Of a DNA stretch of 64,000 bases, positions 1 through 10,746 are shown piece by piece. Position 1 is the stretch's first letter. The number at the start of each line of letters is the position of its first letter. Made by a program: the position numbers and the translations under genes. This DNA is from an uncultured Candidatus Rokubacteria bacterium (lineage in GTDB: Bacteria; Methylomirabilota; Methylomirabilia; Rokubacteriales; CSP1-6). Below the pieces are notes generated by a model. The model ran no database searches and was not told the DNA's origin. It was given only the letters and a program-made list of their open reading frames with translations. The stretch covers positions 133,685-197,684 of the forward strand of contig CAVVEU010000020.1 of the NCBI GenBank assembly GCA_963747235.1. The letters are read 5' to 3'.

Positions 1-101
1 GATTCCCGAACTGCGGCAAGGGCCAGCCCATGCAGACGCGCAAGCTCGGCAACGGCGGCCCCACCCTGCGCAGCCGCGCCATCGTGACCGGCGGAGCCTG
101 A
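1..101 (+). CDS. tldD: TldD-family metalloprotease, C-terminal fragment (runs off window start)
   Basis: Manual translation PNCGKGQPMQTRKLGNGGPTLRSRAIVTGGA* contains the CGKGQP C-terminal motif of TldD; directly upstream of a TldE/PmbA-like gene; stop TGA 99-101. Confidence 0.75.
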   Translation, partial: FPNCGKGQPMQTRKLGNGGPTLRSRAIVTGGA

Positions 102-105
102 GCGC

Positions 106-1659
106 GTGGATCTCACGCGGGCGGTCCGGGAGGCGCTCGCCCGCCTCGCCGCCGAGCCCGGGGTGCGTGAGGTCGAGGTCTTCGCCGCCTTCAACCGCTC
201 GCTGTTCACCCGGCTGAACTACACCTCGCACATCCCCTGCAACGGCGTGGAGGAGCCCAAGTCCACCGAGATGGCGGGGCTCGGGGTCCAGGCGGTGTTC
301 GACGGCCCCGACGGCCGGCCGCTGATCGGCTTCGGCTCGGAGCCGAGCGATCTCACCGCGGACGGCGCGCTGCGGGCGCTCGCGAAGGCGCGGCAGGCCG
401 CGGTGCACGATCCCGAGTTCCGCTCCCTGCCGCGCCCCACCGGCGCGCCGCGGGCCCTCGCGAGCTATCACGATCCGCGGCTCATGAACGTGGAGGACGC
501 GCGAGCTGGTGGAGGCGGGCTGGAAGGTGATCACCGGCGGGCTGCGCGCCTTCATGGCGTCGTCCCGGCTCGCCGACCTGGTGCCCGACGAGGCGGGGCT
601 CAAGCGGCTCGGGCTCATCCTGGGCGGCGACGTGAGCATCCTCCAGTCGCGCATCGCGATCGCCTCCAGCGCGATGCCCGAGCCCCAGGCCGACGACTCG
701 CGCGTTCATGTCGGCCTCGGCCACCGGCATGGTCGAGGCGCGCGACGCCAAGGGCTCCGGGTGGTCCATCACCACGCGGCTCGAGCACTTCACCGACGAG
801 GCCGGCGGCGGAAGCGGCGGGCAACGCGGTGGCCGCGATGGACGGCGAGCGGGTGCCCTCGGGCGACTACACGGTGATCTTCGGGCCGCAGCCGGTGGCC
901 GATCTCTGCAACAACCTGATCGTCCCGTCCTGCCACGCCGGCTCGTTCTATTCCTCCAGCACCCCGTTCCTGGGCCGGCTCGGCCGCGTCGTCGCGGCGC
1001 GCGGGCTCAGCATCTACGACCACGGGGCCATGCCGGGACTGGCCGGCTCGCGCGGCATCACCTGCGAGGGGCTGCCCACCGGCCGCACCGACCTGATCAA
1101 GGACGGCGTGCTGGTCGGGCTGCTCAGCCACTGGTACGACACGCAGCGGCTGCTCCACGATCCGGCCGCGCGCGAGAAGCTCGGGATGGATCCGGCCGCC
1201 GCGGCGCCCGCGCTCGCGCCGCGGAACGGCTTCCGTGGCGACGGCGGGTCGGGCCGCTCCTTCGAGGGCACGCCGGGCACGTCGGCGTCCAACGTCATCG
1301 TCGAGGGCGCGGATCCGGTCTCGCTCGAGGATCTCGCCGCGCGCGTGGGCCACGGCCTCTACGTGGGCCGCATCTGGTACACGTACCCGATCAACGGGTT
1401 GCGGGCCGGTGACTTCACTTGTACGGTGGTGGGGGATTCCTTTATCATCCGCGACGGCCGGATCGCGGGACCGCTCAAGGCGAACACGATCCGGATCAAC
1501 GACAACGTGACGCGGCTGCTGGGAGCCGTCGTCGGCACCACCAAGGACGCGCGCGGCACGCCGCTGTGGGCGGCCGACGAGGTCGTGTACGCCCCCGCGA
1601 TCGCGGTGACCGGCGTGCACGTGGATGCGATCGCAGGCTTCATGGAGGGATTGGACTGA
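106..1659 (+). CDS. TldE/PmbA-family protein (frameshifts near 500, 705 and 810)
   Basis: PmbA-like C-terminal segments (SIYDHGAMPGLAGSRGITCEG, LIKDGVLVG, GDFTCTV, IRDGRIAGPLK); middle reconstructed from ORFs 509..877 and 708..1412; no HExxxH seen. Confidence 0.75.
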   Translation: MDLTRAVREALARLAAEPGVREVEVFAAFNRSLFTRLNYTSHIPCNGVEEPKSTEMAGLGVQAVFDGPDGRPLIGFGSEPSDLTADGALRALAKARQAAVHDPEFRSLPRPTGAPRALASYHDPRLMNVEDARAGGGGLEGDHRRAARLHGVVPARRPGARRGGAQAARAHPGRRREHPPVAHRDRLQRDARAPGRRLARSCRPRPPAWSRRATPRAPGGPSPRGSSTSPTRPAAEAAGNAVAAMDGERVPSGDYTVIFGPQPVADLCNNLIVPSCHAGSFYSSSTPFLGRLGRVVAARGLSIYDHGAMPGLAGSRGITCEGLPTGRTDLIKDGVLVGLLSHWYDTQRLLHDPAAREKLGMDPAAAAPALAPRNGFRGDGGSGRSFEGTPGTSASNVIVEGADPVSLEDLAARVGHGLYVGRIWYTYPINGLRAGDFTCTVVGDSFIIRDGRIAGPLKANTIRINDNVTRLLGAVVGTTKDARGTPLWAADEVVYAPAIAVTGVHVDAIAGFMEGLD

Positions 1660-2556
1660 TGGCGAATCCGGACCTGGCGAAGCTCGAGTCCATCGCCCGC
1701 GAGGGGCGGGCGCAGATCATCCGGATGCTCACCCACGCGGGGTCGGGACATCCCGGGGGCTCGCTCTCCGTGATCGACATCCTCACCACCCTCTTCTTCA
1801 ACCGCATGCGCTACGACCCCAAGCGTCCCGTGTGGGACGACCGCGATCGCTTCGTGCTCTCCAAGGGCCACTGCGTGCCCGCCCAGTACTACTGCATGGC
1901 GCGGGCCGGCTACTTCCCGATGGACCGCCTCATCACCCTGCGCAAGCTCGGCAGCCCGCTCCAGGGGCATCCCGACCGCGTGATGCTGCCCGGGCATCGA
2001 GGCCGCGACCGGCTCGCTCGGCCAGGGCCTGTCGGTGGCGATGGGCATGGCGCTCGGGCTCAAGCTCGGGGGCAAGGGCGCGCGCGTCTACTGCGTGATG
2101 GGCGACGGCGAGATCCAGGAGGGCCAGGTGTGGGAGAGCCTCATGTCCGCGCCGAAGCTCGGCGCGCCCGACCATCACCTGGACAATCTCTGCGTGATCC
2201 TCGACTACAACGGCATCCAGCTCGACAACTTCGTGAAGAAGATCCTCGATCTCGAGCCGGTGACCGACAAGCTCAAGTCCTTCGGCTGGCCGGTGCTCGA
2301 GGTCAACGGCCACGACATCCCCCAGATCGACAAGGCCCTGGACCAGGCCGAGGCCACCAAGGGCGGCCCCACGTTCATCGTGGCCCACACGATCAAGGGG
2401 AAGGGCGTGTCCTTCATGGAGAACGATCCGGAGTGGCACGGCAAGGCGCCGAAGCCCGAGGAGGCGGTGCGGGCGGTCCAGGAGATCGCGGGCAGCCCGA
2501 CGCCGGCGTGGGCCGCGCCGATCATCGCGGAGCTGTCCGCCCTGGGGAAGAAGTGA
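1659..2556 (+). CDS. Transketolase, N-terminal (TPP-binding) subunit (frameshift near 1995)
   Basis: GSGHPGGSLS, RDRFVLSKGH, LQGHP, MGDGEIQEGQVWE, TIKGKGVSFME...WHGKAP; TGATG overlap with the upstream gene. Confidence 0.92.
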
Positions 2557-3483
2557 TGGCGGCCAAGGCCTCGCGCGCCGCGTTCGGAGAGGCGCTGATC
2601 GAACTGGGCGCCAAGGATGAGAGAATCGTCACCGCTCGACGCCGATCTCTCCAAGTCCACCATGACCGCGGGCTTCGCCAAGAAGTACCCGGGGCGCGCC
2701 TTCAACCTGGGCATCGCCGAGTCCGGCATGATCGGCGTGGCCGCGGGGCTGGCCCTGGCCGGCCACGTGCCCTTCGCGTGCTCCTTCGCCTGCTTCCTGG
2801 TCGGCCGCTTCGAGACGATCCGGGTCTCGGTCGCGTACACCGACGCGCCGGTCAAGCTGGTCGGCACCCACGTGGGCGTGGCCATCGGCGAGGACGGCTA
2901 CACCCAGATGGGTCTCGAGGACATCGCCTGCCTGCGCTCGCTGCCGAACATCCCGATCATCCAGCCCGCCGACGAGCTCGAGACCAGGCAGGCGGTCGCC
3001 TACGCGGTCGAGCATCCGGGGCCGCTCTATCTCCGGCTCACCCGGCAGAACCTCGAGCCGGTCCACGACGCGGCCTACCGCTTCCAGTTCGGGAAGGCCG
3101 ACGTGCTGCGCCCGGGTCACGACGTGACGCTGCTGGCCACCGGCGGCCCGGTCTGGAACACGCTCGAGGCCGCGAAGAAGCTCGCGGCCGAGGGGATCCA
3201 GGCCGAGGTCATCAACGTCGCCACCATCAAGCCGCTCGACGAGGCGGCCATCCTCCGCTCGGCGGGCCGCACCGGCCACGTCATGACGGTGGAGGACCAC
3301 AGCATCCACGGCGGCCTCGGCAGCGCGGTGGCGGAGCTGCTCGGCGAGGTGATGCCCACGCCGATGAAGCGGATCGGGGTGACGACGTTCGGGGAGTCGG
3401 GCGACTACAAGGGCCTCTACGCCAAGCACGGCCTCGACGCCGACGGCATCGCGGGAGCGGTGAGAAAGTTCCTCGGCCGCTAG
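2556..3483 (+). CDS. Transketolase, C-terminal subunit (frameshift near 2632)
   Basis: DADLSKST, FNLGIAE, GEDGYTQMGLEDIA, TIKPLD, TVEDHSIHGGLGSAVAE. Confidence 0.92.
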
Positions 3484-3494
3484 ACCGGTCACGC

Positions 3495-3941
3495 GTGATC
3501 GCCGCGGTCGTCTCGTCGCTGCACCTGCTCGCCCTCGCCATCGGACTGCCGGCGGTGTTCCTGCGGGGCCGCGCGCTCAAGGGGCAGCTCGACGGGGACG
3601 GGGTGCGCCGCCTGCTGGCCGCCGACAATGCCTGGGGTGTCGCGGCGGTGCTCTGGATCGTCACCGGGCTGCTGCGCGCCTTCGGCGGGCTCGAGAAGGG
3701 CAGCGAGTTCTATCTGCGCTCGCCGCTCTTCTGGGTCAAGATGGCGCTCTTCCTCGCGATCCTCGTGCTCGAGGTCCGTCCCATGATCACGTTCATCCGC
3801 TGGCGCATCCAGCTCGGCCGCGGGCTCCCGGTGGACACGGCGGCGGCGCGGGGCCTCTACACCGTGAACCACATCGAGCTGGCGCTCGTGGTCGTCATGG
3901 TGTTCGTGGCCTCCATGATGGCCCGCGGGATCGGGTTCTAG
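3495..3941 (+). CDS. DUF2214-family membrane protein
   Basis: Tail of ORF 1419..3941: LHLLALAIG...DNAWGVAAVLWIVTGLLRAFGGLEKGSEFYL...FWVKM...MARGIG matches the DUF2214 pattern. Confidence 0.8.
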   Translation: MIAAVVSSLHLLALAIGLPAVFLRGRALKGQLDGDGVRRLLAADNAWGVAAVLWIVTGLLRAFGGLEKGSEFYLRSPLFWVKMALFLAILVLEVRPMITFIRWRIQLGRGLPVDTAAARGLYTVNHIELALVVVMVFVASMMARGIGF

Positions 3942-4507
3942 CCGAGATAGCCGTGCGCGCGCAGGGTGTTCTCCACCCGCGCGCGGTGCTTGCGCTCCCA
4001 CTCCGGCAGGCTTTCCGCTCGTCTCCTGCGCCGCCCGGGCGCGCGGCACCACCACGATGCCGTTCTCGTCGGCGACCACCACGTCCCCCGGGTTGACCCG
4101 GACCCCGCCGCACGTGATGGGGCCGCCGATCTCGCCGGGGCCGTCCTGGCGTCCCGGGATGGGCGAGACGCCGCGCGCGAAGACGGGGAAGCCCCGGCCG
4201 CGCGACTCCGCCACGTCGCGGATCACGCCGTCCACCACGAGGCCCGCCGCGACGCGCGCGGGCGCTGCGACCGCCACGGTCGCCGCCTGGACACGATGCC
4301 GCCGATCGCGGCGACGGTGCGCACCGTGTAGGCGGGGCCGGCGACGCGCGGCATCGGCGCCCAGAGCGGCCGGATCACATGGCGCATCACCGCGTCGAGC
4401 GTGCGGCACTCGGCGAGCGCGATGGTGGGCAGGTCCTGGAAGCCGGCGACCAGGCGCTTCGGCGGCCGCTCCGTGGTGAGCGAGAGCGAGGCGCCGCCCT
4501 TCCTCAT
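3938..4507 (-). pseudogene. RraA/HMG-aldolase-family gene, internally deleted or degraded
   Basis: IRPLWAPMPRVAGPAYTVR...VVDGVIRDVAE...FPVFARG...GPITCGGVRVNPGDVVVADENGIVVVP; the usual GDNL-containing segment between these is missing and the frame breaks more than once. Confidence 0.6.
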
Positions 4508-4512
4508 GGCGC

Positions 4513-5349
4513 TCACTCCGAGAGCTTGAGGAGGAGGCCGGTCCGGCGGGATCGGGTGACCGCGGCGGCGAGCGCCCAGTGGGCGAGGACCGCGTAGAGC
4601 AGCGACAGCGCGAAGCCGGTGGCGAAGGGATAGGCGAACTGGGACGGGAAGCCGTAGCCGGCCCGGATCCCGTCGAGGAAGTAGGTCAGCGGGATCGCCG
4701 CGGAGATCGACCTGCACCCAGCCCGGCAGCACCGAGACCGGGTAGTAGATGCCGCCCAGCATCACGAAGAAGTTGACCGCGGCCCACGCGGAGGTCTCGG
4801 CGCGGGTGCCGAAGAGCAGCACCAGCGCGCAGACCAGGAGCCCGATCACGAGCGCGGTGAGGAAGCAGCCGAGCAGGAAGAGCGCGACCCGGAGCGGGCC
4901 CGGCCCGAGGAAGTCGAAGCCGAAGGCGCGCCCGCCGATCACGCGCCATGAGGGCCAACACGATCACGCCGCGCCCCACCCCGACCAGCCAGGAGCCGAG
5001 CGCCAGGTGGTGGATGCGCACCGGGGTGAGGAACTGGTGCTTCATGGACTTCGACCAGATGTCGAAGAGCACCGCGTAGGCGACGTCGAGCTGGCAGACC
5101 TGGACCGCGGAGAGCGCGACGGTGCCCACCAGGATGAACGCGGTCATCTCGGGCGTCAGGTCGAGGAAGCGGGTGAGCAGGCCGTGCGAGAGCATGGCCA
5201 CGCCCGGCCAGAACGTGAGCTCGAAGACGAAGAACACGTTGCGCCGCGCCATGATCAGGTTGCGGTAGGCGAAGGCGGTCAGCCGCGCCCATTCCGCGGC
5301 CCAGGACTCGGTGCGCGCCCGCGGCCAGGAGCTCAGCGCGAGAGCTCAA
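4513..5349 (-). CDS. ABC-2 type transporter permease (frameshifted)
   Basis: Multi-TM pieces in ORFs 4686..5252 and 4223..4942 (LGGIYYPVSVLPGWVQ, PLTYFLDGIR); follows an ABC ATPase; start approximate. Confidence 0.8.
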
Positions 5350-6283
5350 CGAAGACCTCCTCGAGATCGGGCTCGCGCACCTGGCAGTCGCGGACGAGCA
5401 CCCCGTGGTCGCAGAGCCAGCTTCAAGATCTCGGGCAGCCGCTTCTCCGAGGAGTCCACCGTGCAGTCGATCCGGTCGCCGCGCGCCTGCACCGCCAGCA
5501 CGCCCGGCAGCTCGGCGAGCCCGTCGGGCGCCGCGGGCTCGAGCCGCAGCGCGATCACGTCCCCGATGCGGATCTGCCGCTTGAGCTCGTCCGCCGAGCC
5601 CTCGCGCGAGGATGCGCCCGCCCTTGATGAAGGCGATGCGGTCGCAGAGCTCCTCGGCCTCGCGCATGTAGTGGGTGGTCAGGATGATGGTGGTGTTCCG
5701 CTCCCGCCGCAGCTCCGCGATCTGGGCGCGGATGCGGATGGACACGTCCGGATCGAGGCCGAGCGTCGGCTCGTCGAGGAAGAGCACCTCCGGATCGTTC
5801 AGGAGCGCCTTGGCGAGGGCCAGGCGCTGCTTGAGCCCGGTGGAGAGCTCGTTGTACTCGGTCTTGAGGTGCGCGGTCAGCTCGAACCGCTCGAGCAGCT
5901 CGTTCACGCGGTGCCTGAGCGCCGCGCCCGTGGAGGCCGTAGAGGCGCCCGTAGAAGGCGAGCACCTCGGCCGGCCGCAGGCTCCACACGAACGAGGCGT
6001 TGCCGCTCGCCATGTTCAGGCGGCGGCGGATCGCGAAGGCCTCGCGGACGACGTCGTGGCCCAGGATCGTGGCGGAGCCGCTGTCCGGCAGGAGCAGCGT
6101 GGCCAGGATGGAGAGCAGCGTGGTCTTGCCCGCTCCGTTGGGGCCGAGCAGACCGTAGATGGCGCCGCGCGGCACCTGGAGGCTGGCGCCGCGCAGGGCG
6201 ACCGTCTCCCGGCGGCGGAGCCATCCGCTGCGGAAGGTCTTGGCGAGATCGCGCGCTTCGACTGCGAGGGGCGAGGCCGGCAT
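5333..6283 (-). CDS. ABC transporter ATP-binding protein (frameshifted)
   Basis: Walker A GPNGAGKTT, signature LSTGLKQR, Walker B LFLDEPT, H-loop TTH, C-terminal EPDLEEVF. Confidence 0.9.
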
Positions 6284-6371
6284 GGCCCGCTCATCGTACC
6301 ACGGGGTCCGCGAGGCGATTCCGGAGCGGACCCGCGTTGCCGAGACGCGACCGATCTGATAGAACCTGGCC

Positions 6372-6788
6372 ATGACGGCGGACCCTGAACATGCCTCCGT
6401 CGAGGAGGCGAACGCGCGGTTCTACCGCGTCTTCGAGACCCTGGATCTCGAGCAGATGGACGAGATCTGGGCGCACGAGGACCACGTGCGCTGCGTGCAT
6501 CCCGGCTGGTGCATGCTCGCGGGCTGGGCGGCGGTCCGGCACTCCTGGGAGGTCATCTTCAAGAACAGCCAGGAGATGCGCTTCAGCATCACCGACGTCC
6601 ACGCGCACGCGGAGGGCGGCTTCGGCTGGGTCACCTGCACCGAGAACATCCTGTCCGAGTCCCGCGGCAATATCTCGGTCACGTCGGTCCTGGCCACCAA
6701 CATCTTCGAGCGCATCGGCGGGGAGTGGCTCCTCATCCACCACCACGCCTCCCACATCCTCGCCGGCGATCCGTCGGCGGGCGCGTGA
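6372..6788 (+). CDS. SnoaL/NTF2-like domain protein
   Basis: ANARFYRVFE...CVHPGW...GWAAVRHSW...ATNIFERIGGEWLLIHHHAS, typical SnoaL_3. Confidence 0.85.
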   Translation: MTADPEHASVEEANARFYRVFETLDLEQMDEIWAHEDHVRCVHPGWCMLAGWAAVRHSWEVIFKNSQEMRFSITDVHAHAEGGFGWVTCTENILSESRGNISVTSVLATNIFERIGGEWLLIHHHASHILAGDPSAGA

Positions 6789-6809
6789 GCCCCCCTAGGA
6801 GAAATGCGC

Positions 6810-7167
6810 ATGGAGCCCGTGCCCAAGGCCCCCGTGAAGGACGCGAGCCATCTCTACGAGGTCGAGCGCCGCGCGCGCCACGCCGAGCGGCCCGGCTTCC
6901 GCATCACCGAGCTGCAGATCGGCCCGCGACAGCAGGTGCCGTGGCACTACCACACGAGCATCCGGGACACCTTCTACGTCCTGGATGGGCGCCTGCGCCT
7001 CTTCCTGCGCGATCCGAAGGAGGAGATCCGCCTCGAGCCCGGCGAGTCGTACGCGGTGCGCGCCGGGCGCCCGCACCTGGTCACCAACGGCGGGGAGACG
7101 TCCGCGGTCTTCCTCGTCCTGCAGGGCGTGGGCGACTACGATTATGTTCCCGCTGACCGTGATCTAG
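6810..7167 (+). CDS. Cupin domain protein
   Basis: VPWHYH...DTFYVLDG...LEPGESY...PHLVTN cupin motifs; true stop probably 7167 after a 1-nt indel. Confidence 0.8.
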
Positions 7168-8733
7168 AGGCGGCGCAGGAGCAGGTGCGGGCCGCCCTGG
7201 GCCGCCACCGCGTAGCGCCGCTCGACGCCTCCCGCCACGATGGTCACGCTGCTCCCGTCCCGGGTCAGGGTCACGTCCGGCAGGTTCCGCCACGGATAGC
7301 TGTCGAGATTCACGAGGACGTAGTCGCTCTTCTCGATGCCGACCGGGAAGACGAAGACGAGCGGCCGCAGGCTCAGATGCGGCACGTAGGGGTCCTGGGC
7401 GGAGACCGCGGCGGCGGGCGGGACCCGCGCGAGCACCCGGTAGGCGGCGCGCTGCTCCGGCACGGGCCAGAAGCGGGCGATCGCGAGGTTGTTGACGGTG
7501 CGCGAGGCGAGCGCGAGGCTCGCCACCATCGCGACCACCAGCACCGCGACCGGCCAGGCGCCGGGCCGCCGCCGCGCGAGGCGGGCGTAGCCGCCGATCG
7601 CGGCCAGGATCAGGAAGGGCAGGACGAAGGACTGGTACTGGGTCCGGTACCCGTAGAGGATCGGGTCCCGGCTCAGGAGATTCTCGGCCAGCGCCGGCAG
7701 CACGCCCAGGAGATCCCACCCGCCCAGCAGCGGCAGGAAGGCGAGCGGAGCCAGCAGCGCGGCCAGGTACACCGCGCGGTCGGCGGTGAGCAGCGTGGCC
7801 AGCGTGCGCAGCGGATGGAGGATCGCGTTCACGATGATCTCGGGGAGCGAGCCGCCGAGATGGGCGTAGCGCCCGAGATGCGAGTAGGGCTCGCCGCGAT
7901 AGGCCGGAATGATCCAGCGCACGTCCACCGCGAGCAGGGCCAGGGCGCCCGCGGCGGCGACCGCGCCCGCGACCCAGCGCCGGTGGGCCAGCGGCCATCC
8001 ACGCGCCGAGCCCCATCACCGGCAGCGCCGCGTCCTCCCGGCAGAGGAGCGTGAGGGCGGCGGGCACGAGCGCCAGCCACGGCCGGCCGGTCTCCACCGC
8101 CCAGAAGGCGGCCAGGAGCAGCGGGATCGCGAGCGCGGCCGCGTGGAAGTCGCGCACGTTGATCCCGTGCAGCGACGGGTTCACCAGGTAGAGCAGCGCG
8201 AAGGCGGCGGCGGGCCGCTCGTCGCCGAGCCGCGCCCGCGCCAGGCCGAACACCGCGAAGCCGCCCAGGGCCAGCGCCACCGACTGCGCGACCAGCAGGA
8301 CCACCGGGCCCGGGACCAGCCAGTAGGCCGGCACGAAGACGTACATGATCGGCGAGAGGTGATCGCCCCAGGCGTGCATCTCGGGCAGGCTCACGTAGGG
8401 GCCCGCGCCGCGCGCCAGGTTCCAGACGAGCTGGACGTAGTAGCCCAGATCGAGCGCGTGCGTCGCGAAGGTGAGGTGGCGCGTGACCGTGACGAACGAG
8501 AACACGACCGCGTAGGCCACCACCCCGACCAGGACCGCCCGGCGCGGCCGCACCGCCGGAATCGGCCGGGGCGCCAGCCACAGGCGCAGGGCCACGAGCC
8601 CCAGGAGCAGGAGGAAGAGGTGCTCGGGCCGCCAGGGCCAGTGCTCGCGCCGGCCGGTCCAGAACGCGAGCGCCAGGCCCAGCCCGGCCGCGGCCAGGAC
8701 GGCCGCGCCGTCGAGCAGCCGGGCGACGATCAC
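7164..8733 (-). CDS. DUF2079-domain membrane protein (putative GT-C glycosyltransferase; frameshift near 7990)
   Basis: DLGYYVQLVWN, GDHLSP, DFH, REDAAL and QY motifs; many TM helices. Confidence 0.8.
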
Positions 8734-9548
8734 CGGGTGTCGGCCGGCGGGGGCGAGCCGGGCCGCCCGAGACGACTGTAGCGACCGGCGATGGAGCCGA
8801 GCCGGCGCGAGCGCTTGAGCCCGGTCCGGTGAAGCAGGTAGCGCGCGACCACCCAGAGGATCTTGAAGCCGTAGACGCAGGAGGCGCTGAAGCTCGCCGA
8901 GGACGCTTCCGGAAAATAGCGGACGGGCACCGGGATCTCCGCGATGCGGAAGCCGGTGGCCACCACCTGGGCGACGATCTCCTGGTCGAAGACGAAGCCG
9001 TCGGAGTTCATGCGGAAGTTGACCGCGTCGAGCACGTCCCGGCTGAACGCGCGGTAGCCGGTGTGGTACTCGGACAGGTGGAGGCCGAAGGCCATGTTCT
9101 CCACCCCGGTCAGGAACCGGTTGGCCACGTACTTCCACCAGGGCATCCCCTGCTCGATCGCCGAGCCGCCGCCCGCGAGCCGGGAGCCCAGGACCAGATC
9201 GGCGTCGCCGCGCGCGATGGGCGCGATGATCTGGGGCACGAGGGTGGGATCGTACTGGTAGTCGGGATGGACCATCACCACGATGTCGGCGCCCGCCTTG
9301 AGGGCCTCGGTGTAGCAGGTCTTCTGGTTGGCGCCGTAGCCGTAGTTCTTGTCGTGGACGAAGATCTCGAGCCCGAGGTCGCGCGCGACCTCCAGCGTCG
9401 CGTCGGTCGAGCCGTCGTCCACGAGGATGACCAGGTTGACCGTGTCCTTGGGCAGTTCCTCGTAGGTCATACGAAGCGTCCGGCCCGCGTTGTAGGCGGG
9501 CATCACCACCACGACCTTCGGAGCGCCGGTCGCGGGCGGGCCGGGCAT
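8730..9548 (-). CDS. GT2 glycosyltransferase (polyprenyl-phosphate sugar synthase, DPM1-like)
   Basis: VVMPAYN, LVDDGSTD, NYGYGANQK, HPDYQYDP, GSR, HTGYRAF. Confidence 0.9.
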   Translation of the reverse strand: MPGPPATGAPKVVVVMPAYNAGRTLRMTYEELPKDTVNLVILVDDGSTDATLEVARDLGLEIFVHDKNYGYGANQKTCYTEALKAGADIVVMVHPDYQYDPTLVPQIIAPIARGDADLVLGSRLAGGGSAIEQGMPWWKYVANRFLTGVENMAFGLHLSEYHTGYRAFSRDVLDAVNFRMNSDGFVFDQEIVAQVVATGFRIAEIPVPVRYFPEASSASFSASCVYGFKILWVVARYLLHRTGLKRSRRLGSIAGRYSRLGRPGSPPPADTR

Positions 9549-10233
9549 CTAATCGGGCCTCGCGCGGCAGACCGCGACGAACTGGTAGGCGAGCCCGCCC
9601 GGCCACCCCCTCGCCGCCCCCGCGCTGAGCGCGTGCACGCGCGAGAGCACGCGACCGTGCCAGCGCGGCGGCACCACCAGCGGCAGCGGCACCGGGGTGA
9701 CCGCGAGCTCGACCACGTGGAGCCCGGCCGAGCGCAGGAGCTCGAGCAAGGTGCGCCGCGTGAAGAAGCGGAGGTGGGTGCGATCCAGGATGCCGCGATC
9801 GGCGTAGTCGAAGCGGCCCGCCAGGAGCGACAGGCGCACCCAGAGGTGCGCGACGTTGGGCACCGAGACGATCACGGTGCCCCCGGGGGCGAGGGTCTGG
9901 TCGAGCGCCCGCAGCATCGCGCATCGGATCGCTCAGGTGCTCGAGCACGTCGCCGTAGACGATCGCCTCGAAGGGGCCGTGGAGCAGCGGGGGCGCCGAC
10001 TCCAGGTCGGCCACCACGACTTCCTTGCAGCGCCCGCGCGCCCGCGCGGCCAGCTCCGGGTCGCGCTCGAGCGCGGTCACGCTCCAGCCCTGCGCGGTGA
10101 GGCGCTCCGCGAGGAAGCCGTCGGCCGCGCCCACGTCCAGCGCCCGGCGCCCGCGCCCCTCGCCGAGTCGCGACAGGATGACGGAGTGGCTCGAGTGCGG
10201 GTCGTCCTTGATCCGGTACGGGGAGGCGCTCAT
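9549..10233 (-). CDS. Class I SAM-dependent methyltransferase (frameshift near 9920)
   Basis: ALDVGAADG, DVLEHLSDP, VSVPNVAH, GILDRTHLRFFT (glycan-associated MTase type). Confidence 0.85.
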
Positions 10234-10235
10234 GG

Positions 10236-10709
10236 TCAGGGCCGCGGGGCGGGCGTGGCGAGCCACGCCTCCCAGGCCTCGTAGCGCGGCGCGTTCGCGA
10301 GCAGCAGCGCGAGCGACACCGAGCCGAGCAGGTAGAAGTCGAGGAAGAGCCCGCCCAGGATCACCAGGACGAAGCCGGCGAGCGCCGGGAACTCCGCGAA
10401 GGCGCCACCGCGACGGTGGCGAGAGTGAGCCGCGCGATCGCGCGCTGCCGGGTCTCGTCGGGGCGCCGGGTCAGGAGCAGTCGCTTCACGCCGGGGAGGC
10501 TCGACCACGACGATCGCGCTCGCGATCCAGGCGGCGTAGCGCACGAGGCTCATCTGGGGCGCGGAAGGGCTCGCGGCGCCGTCGGAGGGCGCGTGGCTCA
10601 TGCCGAACACGCTGGCGATCACGGCGTACATCACCAGGCCGGTGATGAGGCCGCCGGTGATGAGCGCGGCGGTCCGGTGCGCCTGACGGAGCTCGCTCGC
10701 GGCGTCCAT
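10236..10709 (-). CDS. Hypothetical membrane protein
   Basis: About 4 hydrophobic segments; extended -10 TGCTATCCT and purine-rich SD upstream; probable internal compensating indels. Confidence 0.6.
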   Translation of the reverse strand: MDAASELRQAHRTAALITGGLITGLVMYAVIASVFGMSHAPSDGAASPSAPQMSLVRYAAWIASAIVVVEPPRREATAPDPAPRRDPAARDRAAHSRHRRGGAFAEFPALAGFVLVILGGLFLDFYLLGSVSLALLLANAPRYEAWEAWLATPAPRP

Positions 10710-10746
10710 TCCCCCTTGTCCGGAGCCAGGATAGCACCGGCCACGC

